Of a DNA stretch of 64,000 nt, positions 27,238 through 39,695 are shown in pieces. Source of the stretch: Octopus bimaculoides (Eukaryota); NCBI RefSeq assembly GCF_001194135.2, contig NC_068989.1, positions 48,861,932-48,925,931 on the forward strand, given 5' to 3'. Numbering within the stretch: the first letter of the stretch is position 1; each line of letters begins with the position of its first letter. A program made the position numbers and the translations under genes. The notes beneath the pieces are model-generated. The model ran no database searches, had not been told where the DNA came from, and saw only the letters and a list, made by a program, of their open reading frames with translations.

Positions 27238-27455
27238 AAGGTGGTGAGCTGGCAGACTCGTTACCATGCCTGGACAAATGCTTAGTGGCATTTTTTTCTG
27301 GCTTTATGTTCTGAGTTTAAGTACTACCAAGGTTGATTTTGCCTTTCATCCTTTTGCGGGGGTCAATAAAATAAGTACCAATTACACACTGGGGTCAATG
27401 AAATCGACTATCCCTCTCCCACAAATTTCAGGCTTTGTGCCTATTGTAGAAAGAA
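27238..27455 (+). mobile_element. (ATT)n-associated tRNA SINE
   Basis: aaggtggtgagctggcagactcgtta...gtagaaagaattatt. Confidence 0.75.
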
Positions 27456-27822
27456 TTATTACCTCCACCTTAGCAAAAGTGGAGGTATTGTTTTCAGTTG
27501 TTTGTTTGTCTGTCTGGGGACAAGATATCACAAGAACCACTGGATGGATTGAGATGAAACTTTCAGGGATGTTTGACCACGTGACTGGTATGAACTGATT
27601 AGATTTTGAGATCGATCCAGTACCAGACAAGGATTCTGGATTATTTTTCCTGTTTTTTTACTTAAATTTTGAGAGCAGTCGGGTTCATTTTTAATATTCT
27701 CGCTTGTGAGAGCAGTCAAGTTTATTTCAGATATTCTAATTTTAAAAATAATCTCCAGCTAATTGTTGAGAGGACATTGGTGTTGCCTTGATGGAGATTT
27801 GCGCTCTCTGAGTGCTCTTGTT
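27456..27822 (+). mobile_element. Non-autonomous Helentron-type (HINE/DINE-1-like) element
   Basis: 5' ttattacctccacc with internal inverted copy (gtggaggt), GTTT/GTCT microsatellite, 3' subterminal gatggagatt, terminal hairpin gcgctc-tct-gagtgc; inserted at TT in a SINE (ATT)n tail. Confidence 0.7.
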
Positions 27823-28474
27823 ATTATTATTATCATCATTTGATATTATCTTTAGTCTGTTTGCAGAAATAGCAGAGAAGGCAATTTATTTTCTTCTCAA
27901 ATCAAAATTTCAACTATCTTTTCTGAGGGAGAAGACTGAAATGATGAGTGATGGTTGAAGAAGAACCTCCATGCTGGTAATTATGTAGATGTCATTTGTA
28001 CTTTCCTAGATGGATCAAAGAACCACATCTAGCTCATAACTTCATTTTGGTCTTGGTTTGTATGGCTGGATACACTTCCTAACACCAATCACATTATAAA
28101 GTGCACTGCATGCACCTCTTGTTTTGGTGCCTGCATTAGAGAAGCTAAAACACCTTCAACAAGACTGAAGAGTCTTCACAAACAGCCCTACACTTAATGG
28201 GGGTCACTCTGTACATAGTAGCGTGGGATAAGCATACTGAGGGTATACACACACACCTCTTCCCACTATTCCTGGAAGGGTCATAGGTTTAGGGTCTTCA
28301 AGCATCTTCTCCATATGGCACTATCAGAAGCAACCATCATTAGAGTTTCTAGCTTGATTCCCAAGTTTGACCAATTGAAACAGATTATCCAATCATCATA
28401 TATATATACACACACACACACACACATATGTATATACCTATGTACACACACAGAGATATACATACACACACATA

Positions 28475-28522
<48 letters not shown>

Positions 28523-28598
28523 TACATACATCTCTCTCTCTGGACCACTGAACTTAACATGTCTTTTTCATTCTCTTTCTATTTATTTCCTCTTATTC

Positions 28599-28634
28599 CT
28601 TTCTGTCAAAAAGCATAGGCTTGAAATATAAAAG
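28599..28634 (+). ncRNA. Degenerate minimal type I hammerhead-like motif in a Penelope-like terminal-repeat remnant (about 28555-28700)
   Basis: CTTT-CTGTCAA-A-AAGC(ATAG)GCTT-GAAA-TA-TA-AAAG: stems I and II pair; core decayed. Confidence 0.55.
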
Positions 28635-28721
28635 ACTTTTCCATTTTCCTGAGTGTCAAACTAATGCACTTGCTTGTTGTTCCAACACCTGTCTTCATCT
28701 TTGTTTTTCTATAAATTGAAC

Positions 28722-28757
<36 letters not shown>

Positions 28758-28761
<4 letters not shown>

Positions 28762-28945
28762 CATCATCACCATTTAACATCCATTGTCCATGCTGGCATG
28801 GGTTGGATGGTCTGACTGGACTGGCATGCTGGCATGCTGCACCAGACTCCAGTCTGATTTGGCATGGTTTTCTACAACTGGATGCCCTTCCTAATGGCAG
28901 CCACTCAGAGTGTGTAATGGGTGCTTTTACATGCCACTTGTGTAA
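28758..28945 (-). mobile_element. RTE-type 3' tail
   Basis: Reverse complement of 1-233 type, (ATC)n at left. Confidence 0.75.
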
Positions 28946-28957
28946 CACTGATATATA

Positions 28958-28989
<32 letters not shown>

Positions 28990-28991
<2 letters not shown>

Positions 28992-29152
28992 AGGTGCAGT
29001 CCCAGGAATTTTTCAAAGGAAGGGCACAAGGTCAGAAGGGAATACAATTCCAGGAGAAAAGGGTGTAGTAACATTATTTAAAAGGGCACACTTCTTTTCT
29101 TGAAGTGGGGGACATGTGCCCCTCAGGCACCTCCACCCCCGGTCTGCTCCTG
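28990..29152. mobile_element. Possible small hAT-like MITE inserted in (CA)n
   Basis: Imperfect TIR aaggtgcagtcc / ggtctgctcctg; flanks cacacaca on both sides (uninformative TSD). Confidence 0.4.
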
Positions 29153-29304
29153 CACACACATAAGTAGATAATTTTTAATTGGCAGAAGTTACAAAGTGAT
29201 TCAAAGGCTAAGATTTTATTTGCATGTTAACCATTACATTGCAAATATAACTCAAGCATTCGCATATTTAGAAGATACAATGTGAGAAAGAAAAAGACTG
29301 AGAA

Positions 29305-29374
<70 letters not shown>

Positions 29375-29599
29375 GAACTGATAGTGAAAGAGGAAGTCAG
29401 AGACTGTGAGGGTAGTGCAGACTGATTGTCAGACAAACTAGTTTGGTGGTCTACCTAATCATGTTCTAATTTGTAATCTCGTAAAACATTTGAATAAAAA
29501 ATATATGAATATATATAAATGCAAAGTTGCATTTTCATATGAAAGTTGCAAAGGTGACCTTAGATTTTTGAGTCATCTCCCAAGGAATGATAAAAAGAA

Positions 29600-30965
29600 A
29601 ATCACCCCCACACCTTACCGAGATAAGCAGAGGCAACCATATCTGATATTGAATTAGGCACCAGTGATCATTTGATTTTCCTACAATTGCATCACCCTGT
29701 AAGACAGCTCTTTTGGAGTAGACTGGAGTGTTGTTTGCAGAAACTCAAAAACAATATCTCCTCTGATACCCACCACTACCATTAAAAATAACATCAAGAA
29801 CAAATAATATTATTTTATATTCATTTATTTTATCAGCCAGTTCAAAAACGATCACAATAAATTTGTAGCCAATAAGCAAATATGAAAAAATGAAAAAAAA
29901 AAAAATGAAATGATAACATTTAGAGAAATGATAATAAATTTGTCCTGATATAACATTGACTTATTATTATGATCATCAATAATAATAATAATGGTTTGAA
30001 ATTTTGGCACAGAGCCAGCAAGTTCAGGAGTGGGGGTAAATCGATTATGTCATCGATTCCTGTACTTTACTGGTATTTATTTTATTGACCCCTAAATGAT
30101 GGAAGGCAAAGTTGACCTCAGTGGGGTTTGAACTCAGAATGTAAAGACAGGTGAAATGCTAAGCATTTTGCTCAGTGTGTTAACAATTCTACCAGCTCAC
30201 TGCCCCAATAACATTAACAATAATTTCATATTTTTGCCACAAGCACGGCTTGTGGAAGGGGATTAAGTTGATTACATCGATTCCAGTATGTAACTGTTAC
30301 TTATTTAATCAACTTTGAAAGGATGAAAGGCAAAGTCAACCTTGGTGGAATTTGAACTCAGAAAGTAGCAGCAGACGAAATACCACTAAGCATTTCACCT
30401 GGCAAACTAACGATTCTGCCAGTTTACCACCTTAATAACAATAATAATGGTTTCTGATTTAGGGCAGAAATTTTGAAAGGAAGTGGGGTTCAATCATTTA
30501 CATTGACCTGTAGTATGTAACTGACACTTTATTTCATTAATCGATGAAGGATGAAAGGCATTGTTGACTGTGGTGAAATTTGAGCTTAGAACAAAAGAGC
30601 TAGAAGAGATACCAAAAAAACATTTTTTCCAGTGTTCTGCTGATTCTATTAAATCACTGTTAGACACAAGGCCTGAAATTCTGGAGGATGGATTTAGTCA
30701 GTTAAGCTGACATTAGTACTTGACCAGTATTTTACTTTGTCAAACTCCAGAGGAACTCCTTGGTCTTACCAGTCAGAAAATTTACCATCAGAACTCAGTT
30801 TACTAAAATTAACAAACTACATCCATGTCTCCTGAATATCTCACAGACATGCTGCACGTTCCATGCACAATGCCTTTTCCCTTTCCGAAACAGCTAAATT
30901 GTGGAATAAATTCTCTTCTAATTGTTTTCCTGCAGAATAACAATCAAATTTGTGTTAACAAATTT
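29600..30965 (+). mobile_element. Very decayed CR1-like LINE remnants flanking the SINE array
   Basis: LGTSDHLIF (EN-like SDH motif) at about 29655 and NAFSLSETAKLWNKFSSNCFPAE (CR1 ORF2 end-like) at about 30870. Confidence 0.35.
29992..30745 (-). mobile_element. Head-to-tail array of four (ATT)n-associated SINE copies (last partial)
   Basis: Copies at about 29992-30206, 30220-30433, 30445-30660 and 30660-30745, joined by AAT-rich linkers. Confidence 0.7.
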
Positions 30966-31539
30966 CTTTCCTAATGTTGGCAGTTTCCTTCACTTTAAGA
31001 TTTCTATTGATTGTTTTATTACCCTCCCTTTTAATTTAATTTTATTAGCTCCTTTATTGTGATGTCATTTACCCCCATTTTATAGCTGTCAGTTTTTTTT
31101 TTATCTGTTATTTTATTATCATCTCATTCATCAAAATTTTTTATTGCTATCTTTTATTTGCTTCTTAAATATATGTGTATAGAAGTCGTAATAGGACTTC
31201 TACTTTACCCTAATCTTTTACCAAGAAGTGGCCTATGAGTATTGCTTCAGATGATTTTAAGGAAACTTCATTTTCAAATGTGATTATAGTTATGTTTTTA
31301 TCAATTAAACCACATGCATTAATACATGAGCCAGTAGCTTAGCAAATAAAGACTTTACTACACTCTAACCCACTGATTCATAATTCAATGGTTTCTTTTA
31401 TTTGTTGCAAGTTCTATGATGTTGGCAATGATACAAAGGAAAAATACAAAAGGAAATAATAAACAAAAAAAGGGGATCATCACCTTGTACAAAAAAAGCG
31501 GCATTGAAAAAATGAAGGCACATTAATAAATGGATAATT

Positions 31540-31735
31540 GTGGTTTCTATTTTAGGCACAAGGCCAGTAATTTTGAAGAGGAAGAGGCAACTTGATTTCA
31601 TTGATTTCAATATTTAACTGATACTTTACCTTATTGAATCTGGAGGATTGAAAGCAAAGTTAACCTTAGTGAGATTTGAAATCAATAAAAGGTTACAACA
31701 AACATTATAATGTTTTTTTATTCAATGCTCCAATG
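31540..31735 (-). mobile_element. Decayed (ATT)n-associated SINE
   Basis: tttctattttaggcacaaggcc...aaagcaaagttaaccttagtgagatttgaa. Confidence 0.5.
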
Positions 31736-31879
31736 ATTCAAGCAATCTGGTACCTTCGAGAAACAGATAATAACAAATAAAATAAAGGTGGAGAAACCAC
31801 ACCAGGCAATTTAGGGTGTCCCATGTATTGCTTCAGATTACCCTGGTATACCAAAAGCAAATCCTTGAAGAGCCATTTA

Positions 31880-33705
31880 GCCACACCAATACACCTTTCG
31901 AAACATTTATTGGAGAGTAGCTCATTCATTTCTTACCTTACCTTTCTGGTTGTTAGCCTGAGAAAAAAAACTCTCTCTTCAAATATTTCAACAAAGTCCA
32001 CCACACAACTTCTTTTACCATAGCAACTAGATTAGAAAGACAACTGAAAGAAGATGCTAGGTTGCTTTTCACCAAACTTAGTTGATAACCAGATCTATCC
32101 TGCATGAAGTAATAACTATTTGATATAAACCCACAAATTGGCAATGCATAATCACTAAATGAGTGCACACTAAATGATTTTGCATTCTCATCACACTGGG
32201 TGTACCACAGAATAATTCAGTAGCTGGTGATTCCAACAAAGTAGACACATCTGGACAGTTTATCCTGAACAGACAAAACTTCTCCCTAACATTGCCAGAC
32301 TAAGGACTTTTGGAAGTAGGCGACAGGCCTCTGGAAGAAACTGTAATAGACTACTAAAACTGTATGTGTTAATGTCTAAAATTGCACTTACGCTAATGTT
32401 GTTCATATTCTCCACTAACTATCAATGGAATGCAAGGGTTAACTTGTTGCCAATGGGCCATATGATAGAGTGTAGTGAAAGCTTGACAATATTCCAAATG
32501 CCTATGGTCCTACTTGGTCTGCACTTCATCCAGAATTGTAGCTTGGTCAAAAAGATAAATTGTGAAAAGATATGTTATACGACTACCCTTGCTCCCCTGC
32601 TTTTTTAGTTCAGGAATCACTGCAATGTATCAGCCTCAGCACATGTCTATGCATCATTAGCCATGGCACTCTGAGAAGCTTGAAGAAAGTGTTGGCAGTC
32701 GAAGGACAACTAGATCAATAGAAACTGTTCATTCCATTAAAGCTGCACAAACAATTGCTCTAATCCATTCAGATTTTACCTGGGACAATGCAGTAGGATA
32801 CCACTGGCTAACTACTTCTGTTTTAAAAGACAGCTTCCTCTCAGACTATTTTTAAGTGAAACTAGCAACCTTGCTTGTAACTTACTTCCAATTTTTATCC
32901 ACCTGAATGTCTGGTCCAGAATGAATATTAAGCACCTTAAGTCGCCTTTGGTCCAGTGACAGAAGCTTCTATACAGCATGGACTTGCCTTTCCAAGTGCT
33001 AAGCTGAAAGCCCACTAATACTGGTTAATGCAAGTTGTGTGGTGGATTCTGTTGAAATATTTGAAGAGAGAGTTTTTCTTCTCAGGCCAAACCTTTATCA
33101 ACTTCAAGTAACAACCAGAAAAATAAGGGAAGAAATGGATGTACTGCTCTCCAATAAATGTTTTGAAAGGTGTGATTTTCACCACTGTGTCCTATTTCAA
33201 TTAGAACGCTTCTCAATGTCTCCAACCTCTCCAGCAAAGGTTCCAACATAAATCCATGCAGAAGGTATGAAATGGAGTACCTTTGGTAGATTAAGTATAT
33301 GATATGAAAGGATTTTGATGGGTGGCCAAACAGATGCTGCTGTACATTGTAGCAATCCAATGTCAGATGATTAAATTGAGGCTGGCTATGCTTAGGATAG
33401 CTGCCAGATAGTACAGGCTAAACAGGTCATATGTTTGAGGCTAATCAAAACCAATCAGACTGCACTGAAGTTAGACCTAGTAATGACTTATTCTTGAATG
33501 TATCATATGAAATAGAGATTACTGTAGACATATTGGCTGCTAATTGTACGAATTTGTGCATTTCTGACTAAATTATAGTCTACAAACAGCATCGACCTCT
33601 TAGCAGGCTCCTTTGCTAAAATCTTTAACTCTGTGTTGAGGAGAGTTATGGGTATAAACACCTTTTTATATTTGTCACAAGAACACTGAGTGAAAGTCAA
33701 TAACA
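31880..33705 (-). mobile_element. Decayed Tx1/L1-clade LINE ORF2 (RT to C-terminus) with internal inverted segment
   Basis: PITLLNTELKILAK (RT), MLEPLLERL, VGFQLSTWKGK, GPDIQVDKNWK*VTSKV..SERKLSFK, VAMVKEVVWWTLLK; many stops and frameshifts. Confidence 0.8.
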
Positions 33706-34496
33706 ACACTTACACAATTTTGAAGAAATAAATACTGTATATTACTGTGAAATGAAACAGTTAAATATTGTTAAGAGTGGTGAAGTTCTTTCTTATGGAA
33801 CTTGGGGAGTTATTTAATGGCTACAGCAGTAGATAGCGTTGGTGCTGCAATTGGTAGAGAAGAAGGAGGAAGAAGAGGGCTGAGAAAGCAGGCGTGTGAC
33901 TTCTACTGGAAAGAAGCCAGCAGATTCTTGGCAACCTAAATTGCTGCTATTTTAAGAAAGTGGAATCCACAGAAAAGATGAATGGTAAAATAAATATTCT
34001 TTCTTGAAATATTCAATAGTTCTAGAGTGTTGGAACATTTATGGCTTTTTATTTAAATAAACACATCAGATCCGGCTTGTTTGAATGGACAACTGAATGA
34101 AGGAGGAACAAACATTCTGTAGTGAGAGAAGTTTAGTTTAGATGTAGTAATAGTTGAAAATAGATAAGTCTTTCTCCCAGGGGCAGGCAATGATAAGATA
34201 TCCGATAAATACAATGGAGTTCATTGACAGAATAATGTCGAATGTATAATTTATGGCAGGAAATTAGAGAGAGATAGAGATAGAGAGAGAGGAAGTGATA
34301 TAAGAAAATGAGAGAAAATTCCTGTAGTGACATAAAAAGAGGAATCAAAAAAGAGAGAGAATATTTGGTACATAGAAAAGAGTGTGTATGAGTAGGAACA
34401 TAAGAGATACACAGAAGAAGACAAAGCAGAAATAAAAGAAAAAAAATTAGGGGAAAGATAAAAGAGTACATACACATACACACACATGCGTGTGTG

Positions 34497-34597
<101 letters not shown>

Positions 34598-35476
34598 AGC
34601 TGTAAAAGACAGAAGTGCAAAATTCAGAGCAGCAATAGAGTGAATTCTCAGCTCCAAATGTGTGTGTATGTGTGTGTACCTCTGTGTGTGCATACACATG
34701 TGCATGTGTGTATGTTGTTTCTTATTTTCAAACCACAAGTGGAAACAGATTTTGTTCTTGGGAATGTCATTTTGTCAATAAAAATACACTGCTGTAATTC
34801 ACTGCATTAGTGACTTGTTGATTTGTCAATGCCCTTTATTACATCCCTGAAGACATAAATGTGATGGTTTCCTAACATCTTTTATTACACCTCTGTAGAC
34901 TTGTCAGTGAACATATTAAAACACCTACATGGGGTATAGAGAAAGATTTTGATTAAAGTCATTAATTAATAAAGAAGTGAACTGTAACCATTGAATGCAT
35001 TTTATGTTAGGGTAACCCTTCAAAACTGTGCAAGTCTGTGATTTCAGGTTCAGTCTCACAAGTGCAGTCCATTGGCAAGCATCTTCTTCTCGGGCCTTTG
35101 GCAGGTCAATGTCTTGTAAATGGAATTGTAAGGCTCAGAGTTCATGTGTGTGCATGGTTGCACATGAATGTTTACATTTTGCAATGTCTTTGCATGAAAT
35201 TACTTGAGCAAAAGCAACGATGTTATGTTCGCAATTCCCTATCAACAAACCAACCTGAGGATCAGCACTTTTGAAAACAAGTGGAATAAAATCTGCTTAC
35301 TTAAAAATCAGGTAAGGTTTAGAGACAATAGGAACATCTAATTAAAAAAACAATGCCTTAATAATATGTCTTTGTCCAAGCTACCTACATTAGTAAAGAA
35401 AAATGAACATTAAATGAACAAGCAAATACACACACTAAGTAGAAAGCAGTGTATAATAATGATGGATAATGCTAAG

Positions 35477-35842
35477 TGTTATTGCTATCAGAATAAGTAA
35501 ACTATGTTATTGCTATATTCTCAGTTTATAAGCTGGTTCGAGTTATTAACATGTTCTCCTTGGATAACAATAACTTATAAGTTAACTGTTGTGCGAGAGT
35601 TCAATGTCCCCTGGTGAGAATGGACTGGATCACTACATATAGATAGTAGCCATCTGAGTAAGTGTGATAGTTTGTACTAGTTCCACAGTTCGTGTGTTAA
35701 TAGTTCAAAGTTTACAGTTCGAGTTAGCATGTTGGATTGTTGGCTCTAAAAAGATTGTTGTTACGTTCCATGTGGTTATAACTGTTTGTTTCAATTATAT
35801 TGTTATTACACTGTTGCAGTATATTTGTTCATAACATTAACA
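35477..35842. mobile_element. Possible solo LTR (366 bp)
   Basis: TAAG|TGTTA...TAACA|TAAG: TG..CA ends, 5-bp inverted termini, 4-bp TSD. No PBS or internal region. Confidence 0.3.
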
Positions 35843-36964
35843 TAAGCCACTTACTGTAAAAATGATTACAATAAGTGACTTCTACTCTGTGTGTGTGTTT
35901 GCGTGTATACTTATAAAAATGGAGAGAGAGAGAGAAATTATTTCGAACTTTGAGAAGTGTTCTTATCATACTTTATATCTGACCAAATATTTAAACACTC
36001 TACTACATACTTAATAATAACTATACTAACCTCTCACATTTCTTTTTATCTTTATCATTGCTCTTAACAAGAAGCCATTCTCACACTTGACACCTCTTAA
36101 AACAAGCAGCATACAACAAAAGCCCTGATGACTGCTCTAAATGTTAGACCTCTCTGTCATGGTAAAATACATTCTTAGCACGGTTAAGATTGCATCTTAA
36201 TGACTGGTTCTTTTCTTCAGGGTCAGAAAATACTTTAGCTCTCCAACCACTACAATAATTGACATTCTACAGAGCTTGGGGTGATGCCCACAAAAGAATA
36301 TTAGTTCCACATTTGGTTGGTGCTGTTGCACATACACACCTCCTAGACCACATTCAGAAAAAAACAAAAAAAAACAAAACATTCAGCTGATTGGCAGTTT
36401 CCTTGGATTCCATTTTTACTTTTAACATAGTAAAATATATAAAAGTTTACCAAATATCCTACATCTTATCTAACCAGCATAAAGACTAAATCTATACTCT
36501 GTTCTTATAATTTAACCTACAATTTAACCTTCTAGTCTTGTTGCCTTTTATTTTATATATAGATGTTAGCCCAGCTACCTTACAATTTATACATACTGCT
36601 TGCACTACCACCTCTGAGTCTGTACTTACTGATACTGCTATCACCCCTGTCAGTCCTCTCATCTCTATATCAATACTTACTGTTGGTCCTGTTTCCTTCA
36701 AGTCTATAATCACTGTTATATCTATATGTACTTTGATATCACTTCTCAATCCATACTTACTAAACCTAAAGTTAAAAAGTTAGCTGAATCCCTGAGAAGA
36801 GAAGAGAAGTGATTTTAAGCCAGCATTGGACACCTAAATCATTAATCTATTCTTTTTAACCTTATTTAATGCTTCATTACTGAATTTCTTCTATACTATT
36901 TCAAGTTCTGTACTTGATAGGTGAGAGATAGGGGTCTTTCAATGTCAAGTTCAAAATATAGCAC

Positions 36965-37415
36965 ATCATCACCATTATCATTTAGTGTCTGTTTTTCATG
37001 CTGGCATGGGTTACACAGTTTGATCAGAACTGGTAAGCTGGAGAGCTGCACCAAGCTGCAGTCTGTTTTGGCCTGGTTTCTACAGCTAGATGCCCTTCCT
37101 AATGCCAACCACTCCATAGAGTGTATTGGGTGTTTTTTATGTGCCACTGGCATGAGTGCCTTTTACATATCAGCAGTACAGGTGCCTATAATGTGTTACT
37201 AGCAAGGATGCCTTTTAAGTGTCACTAGTATGGGTGCTTTCATATGTCACCAGCATGTGTGCCTTTTGTGTGTCACTAGAATTGGTGTCTTTTATATGTC
37301 ACCAACATGTGTGCCTTTTGTGTGCCACTGGCATGGCAGCTTTTTATGTATCACTGGCATGGGTGCTTTTTAAGTGTCACTAGCATGGGTACCTTTCATG
37401 TGTCACCGGCATTGG
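36965..37415 (-). mobile_element. RTE-type 3' tail preceded by a 26-bp tandem array (10 units + partial, 37141-37415)
   Basis: Units such as gtgtcactagcatgggtgccttttat at 37141, 37167, 37193, 37219, 37244, 37270, 37296, 37322, 37348, 37374 and 37400. Confidence 0.85.
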
Positions 37416-37744
37416 CAACAGCTAACACCATTAGCAAATGTTAAAAACACAATTCCTCAGTAACTGTAATTCTACAATAATCATTGTAACAACAAATTCT
37501 CTGCTATGTTCATGTTGTTCTTTTTTTTACCTTCTTGCTTTTTGCATTTCAGTTGTGAAATGACAGGCAGGATAACACATTCAAATACTACTATTACAAC
37601 TCATGGGCAAAGACAATTGGTTCTACATTACCTCAGTTTATCCAACTGAAGAAAAGACTAATTATGTGAATGACTGCTTGCCTGAGCTAATATAATTTTA
37701 TAGAAAAAAATGAATGTTATTATACGTTTAAAAACAGCAAATAT

Positions 37745-37960
37745 TGGTTTTAAATTTTGGCACAAGACCAGAAATTCCAGGGGAGGGGTTGAGTCAAATA
37801 CATCAGCCGCAGCAATCAACTGGTACTTATTTTATCAACCCCAAAAGGATAAAAGGTGAAGCCAGCCTCAGCAGAATTTGAACTCAGAACATAAAGATGG
37901 ACAAAATGCAACTAAACATTTCGCCTGATATGCTAATGATTCTGCCAGCTTGCAGCCTTA
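37745..37960 (-). mobile_element. (ATT)n-associated tRNA SINE
   Basis: Reverse complement of 9892-type. Confidence 0.75.
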
Positions 37961-39171
37961 AAAGCAGCAAATATCATCTCAATAAAGTACTCAATACAAG
38001 TGTAGAATCTAATTTTATAATAATTCTATTGACACTGACTTTATGTGTATGACTACTTCAAACTATCATCCCTTATCAATTTACAATTGAATAGTTAATA
38101 TTGAAAAAGTAGTAAAACCTACTTTAATTAATGAATTAGTAATTATCCTAATTTTCTAAAATCAGTTTCCTACGTCCAGAAAAGAAATGCTAAAAAAAAA
38201 AAAAAAAAAAANNNNNNNNNNNNNNNNNNNNNNNNNNNAAGTAGCGAAAAAAAAAAAAAAAAGAAAGTACCGAAAAGAAAAAAAAAAAAAGAAATCTAAA
38301 TTCAAAAGACTTAAAATTGTGAAATGTTTCACAAGATATTGAGTTAAAAAGTCTAATAAAAGCTTCTTTGATGTGTTTAAATTATATATAACACAATTAA
38401 GGCAATTACATTCATAAACAAACATTTATTTCTATCTTTTATTTCTGTATTATAACAAACAAAACATTAAAAACAAGGGCAAATAAAAATAGATATAATA
38501 ATGGTATTCCAGCATATCCTATAGAAGCCTTGAAAATTGCCTGCTTTCTTATTCACAAACACAAACACACTGCGACCAATAGAATCATAATGGTCATGAT
38601 CACCACCATGATCAATTGAAGCCAGTAACCTATACATCTATACTAAAAAAAAACAAAAAAAAACAAAACAAAGAAGAATGTATTTCCTTTTCATTTTAAC
38701 CTCATCGACATCGGAATGCACAATAAATTGCTTGTTATTTGCTGGCTTCATTAAACAATGTGAAAGGGTCATTATATTAACAATTCTTCTCTCTTTCCCA
38801 TGTGTGTGTGTGTGTATAGTTATTGTACCTATGTATATAATGTTCCTTGGCACATTTCTGGCTTTGATTAGTGAGAATAATTAATGTCATTAGTTTTGCA
38901 TTAATAAATCAGAAACATGTGGTTTTGTGGTTTTTGGCATTCATCATTACTGATTTACACATGAGCACACATGCATGTGTATAACAGATTTATAAAGGAG
39001 TTTTAATTACGCACACACACATATGTAAATGTGCGTGTATATGCATATATATATGTGTGTGTGTATGTCAGAATCAGCATCATATATACACATATATACT
39101 AATAGGCATATACATATATATTTGCATATATCTCATTTATAAACAAATACAAACAGAGAAACAGAAAATGA

Positions 39172-39575
39172 TTTCATTTTAACATCCATTTTTCCATCTT
39201 TGCATAGCTTGGATGGAATTTTCAGGGCAGATTTTCTTTGGGTTGATGTCTTTCCTGTACCAATTTTTAGCTGCTATTTCAATATTTCTCTATGGCCTGA
39301 CATGTGTTCAAGAAAATTGGAAATGAAAGATACCACTACATGAAATGACATTCATTTAAAGCTATAATGTCATGTCAAGACAAGGGACAACAACTCAAAC
39401 ACATACACACTCACACAAAATGGGCTTCATTCAGTTTCTGTCTATCAGATCCACACATTAGGCTTTGGCCAACCTGGGGCTATAACAGAAGACACTTGCC
39501 AAAAGTGTCATGCAGTGGAACTGAACCCAGAACCATATGGTTGGGAAACAGGCTTCTTAACCACACAGTCATTCA
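39172..39575 (-). mobile_element. Composite SINE: tRNA head + CORE + RTE-like 3' end
   Basis: Reverse complement: tgactgtgtggttaagaag...gggttcagttcc...tttggcaagtgtcttc ... ccatccaagctatgcaaagatggaaaaatggatgttaa. Confidence 0.6.
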
Positions 39576-39660
39576 TGTGTGTGTGTGTGTATATATATGT
39601 GGATCATTGGCAATTTTTTTCCTCCGTCTTCCTTTTCTCTTGAACTTTCCTCCATCTCCT

Positions 39661-39695
39661 GTTTCTGACGAAGAGTTTTGCTCAAAACGTAAAAC
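39661..39695 (+). ncRNA. Minimal type I hammerhead ribozyme motif, intact except G12A
   Basis: GTTT-CTGACGA-A-GAG(TTTTG)CTC-[A]AAA-CG-TA-AAAC: stem I GTTT/AAAC, stem II, palindromic CG stem III, UA cleavage site. Confidence 0.65.

Noticed and set aside
36125-36150. CTGATGA motif suggesting another hammerhead (also CTGAGGA at about 35247)
   Set aside because: Stem II and GAAA cannot be formed convincingly.
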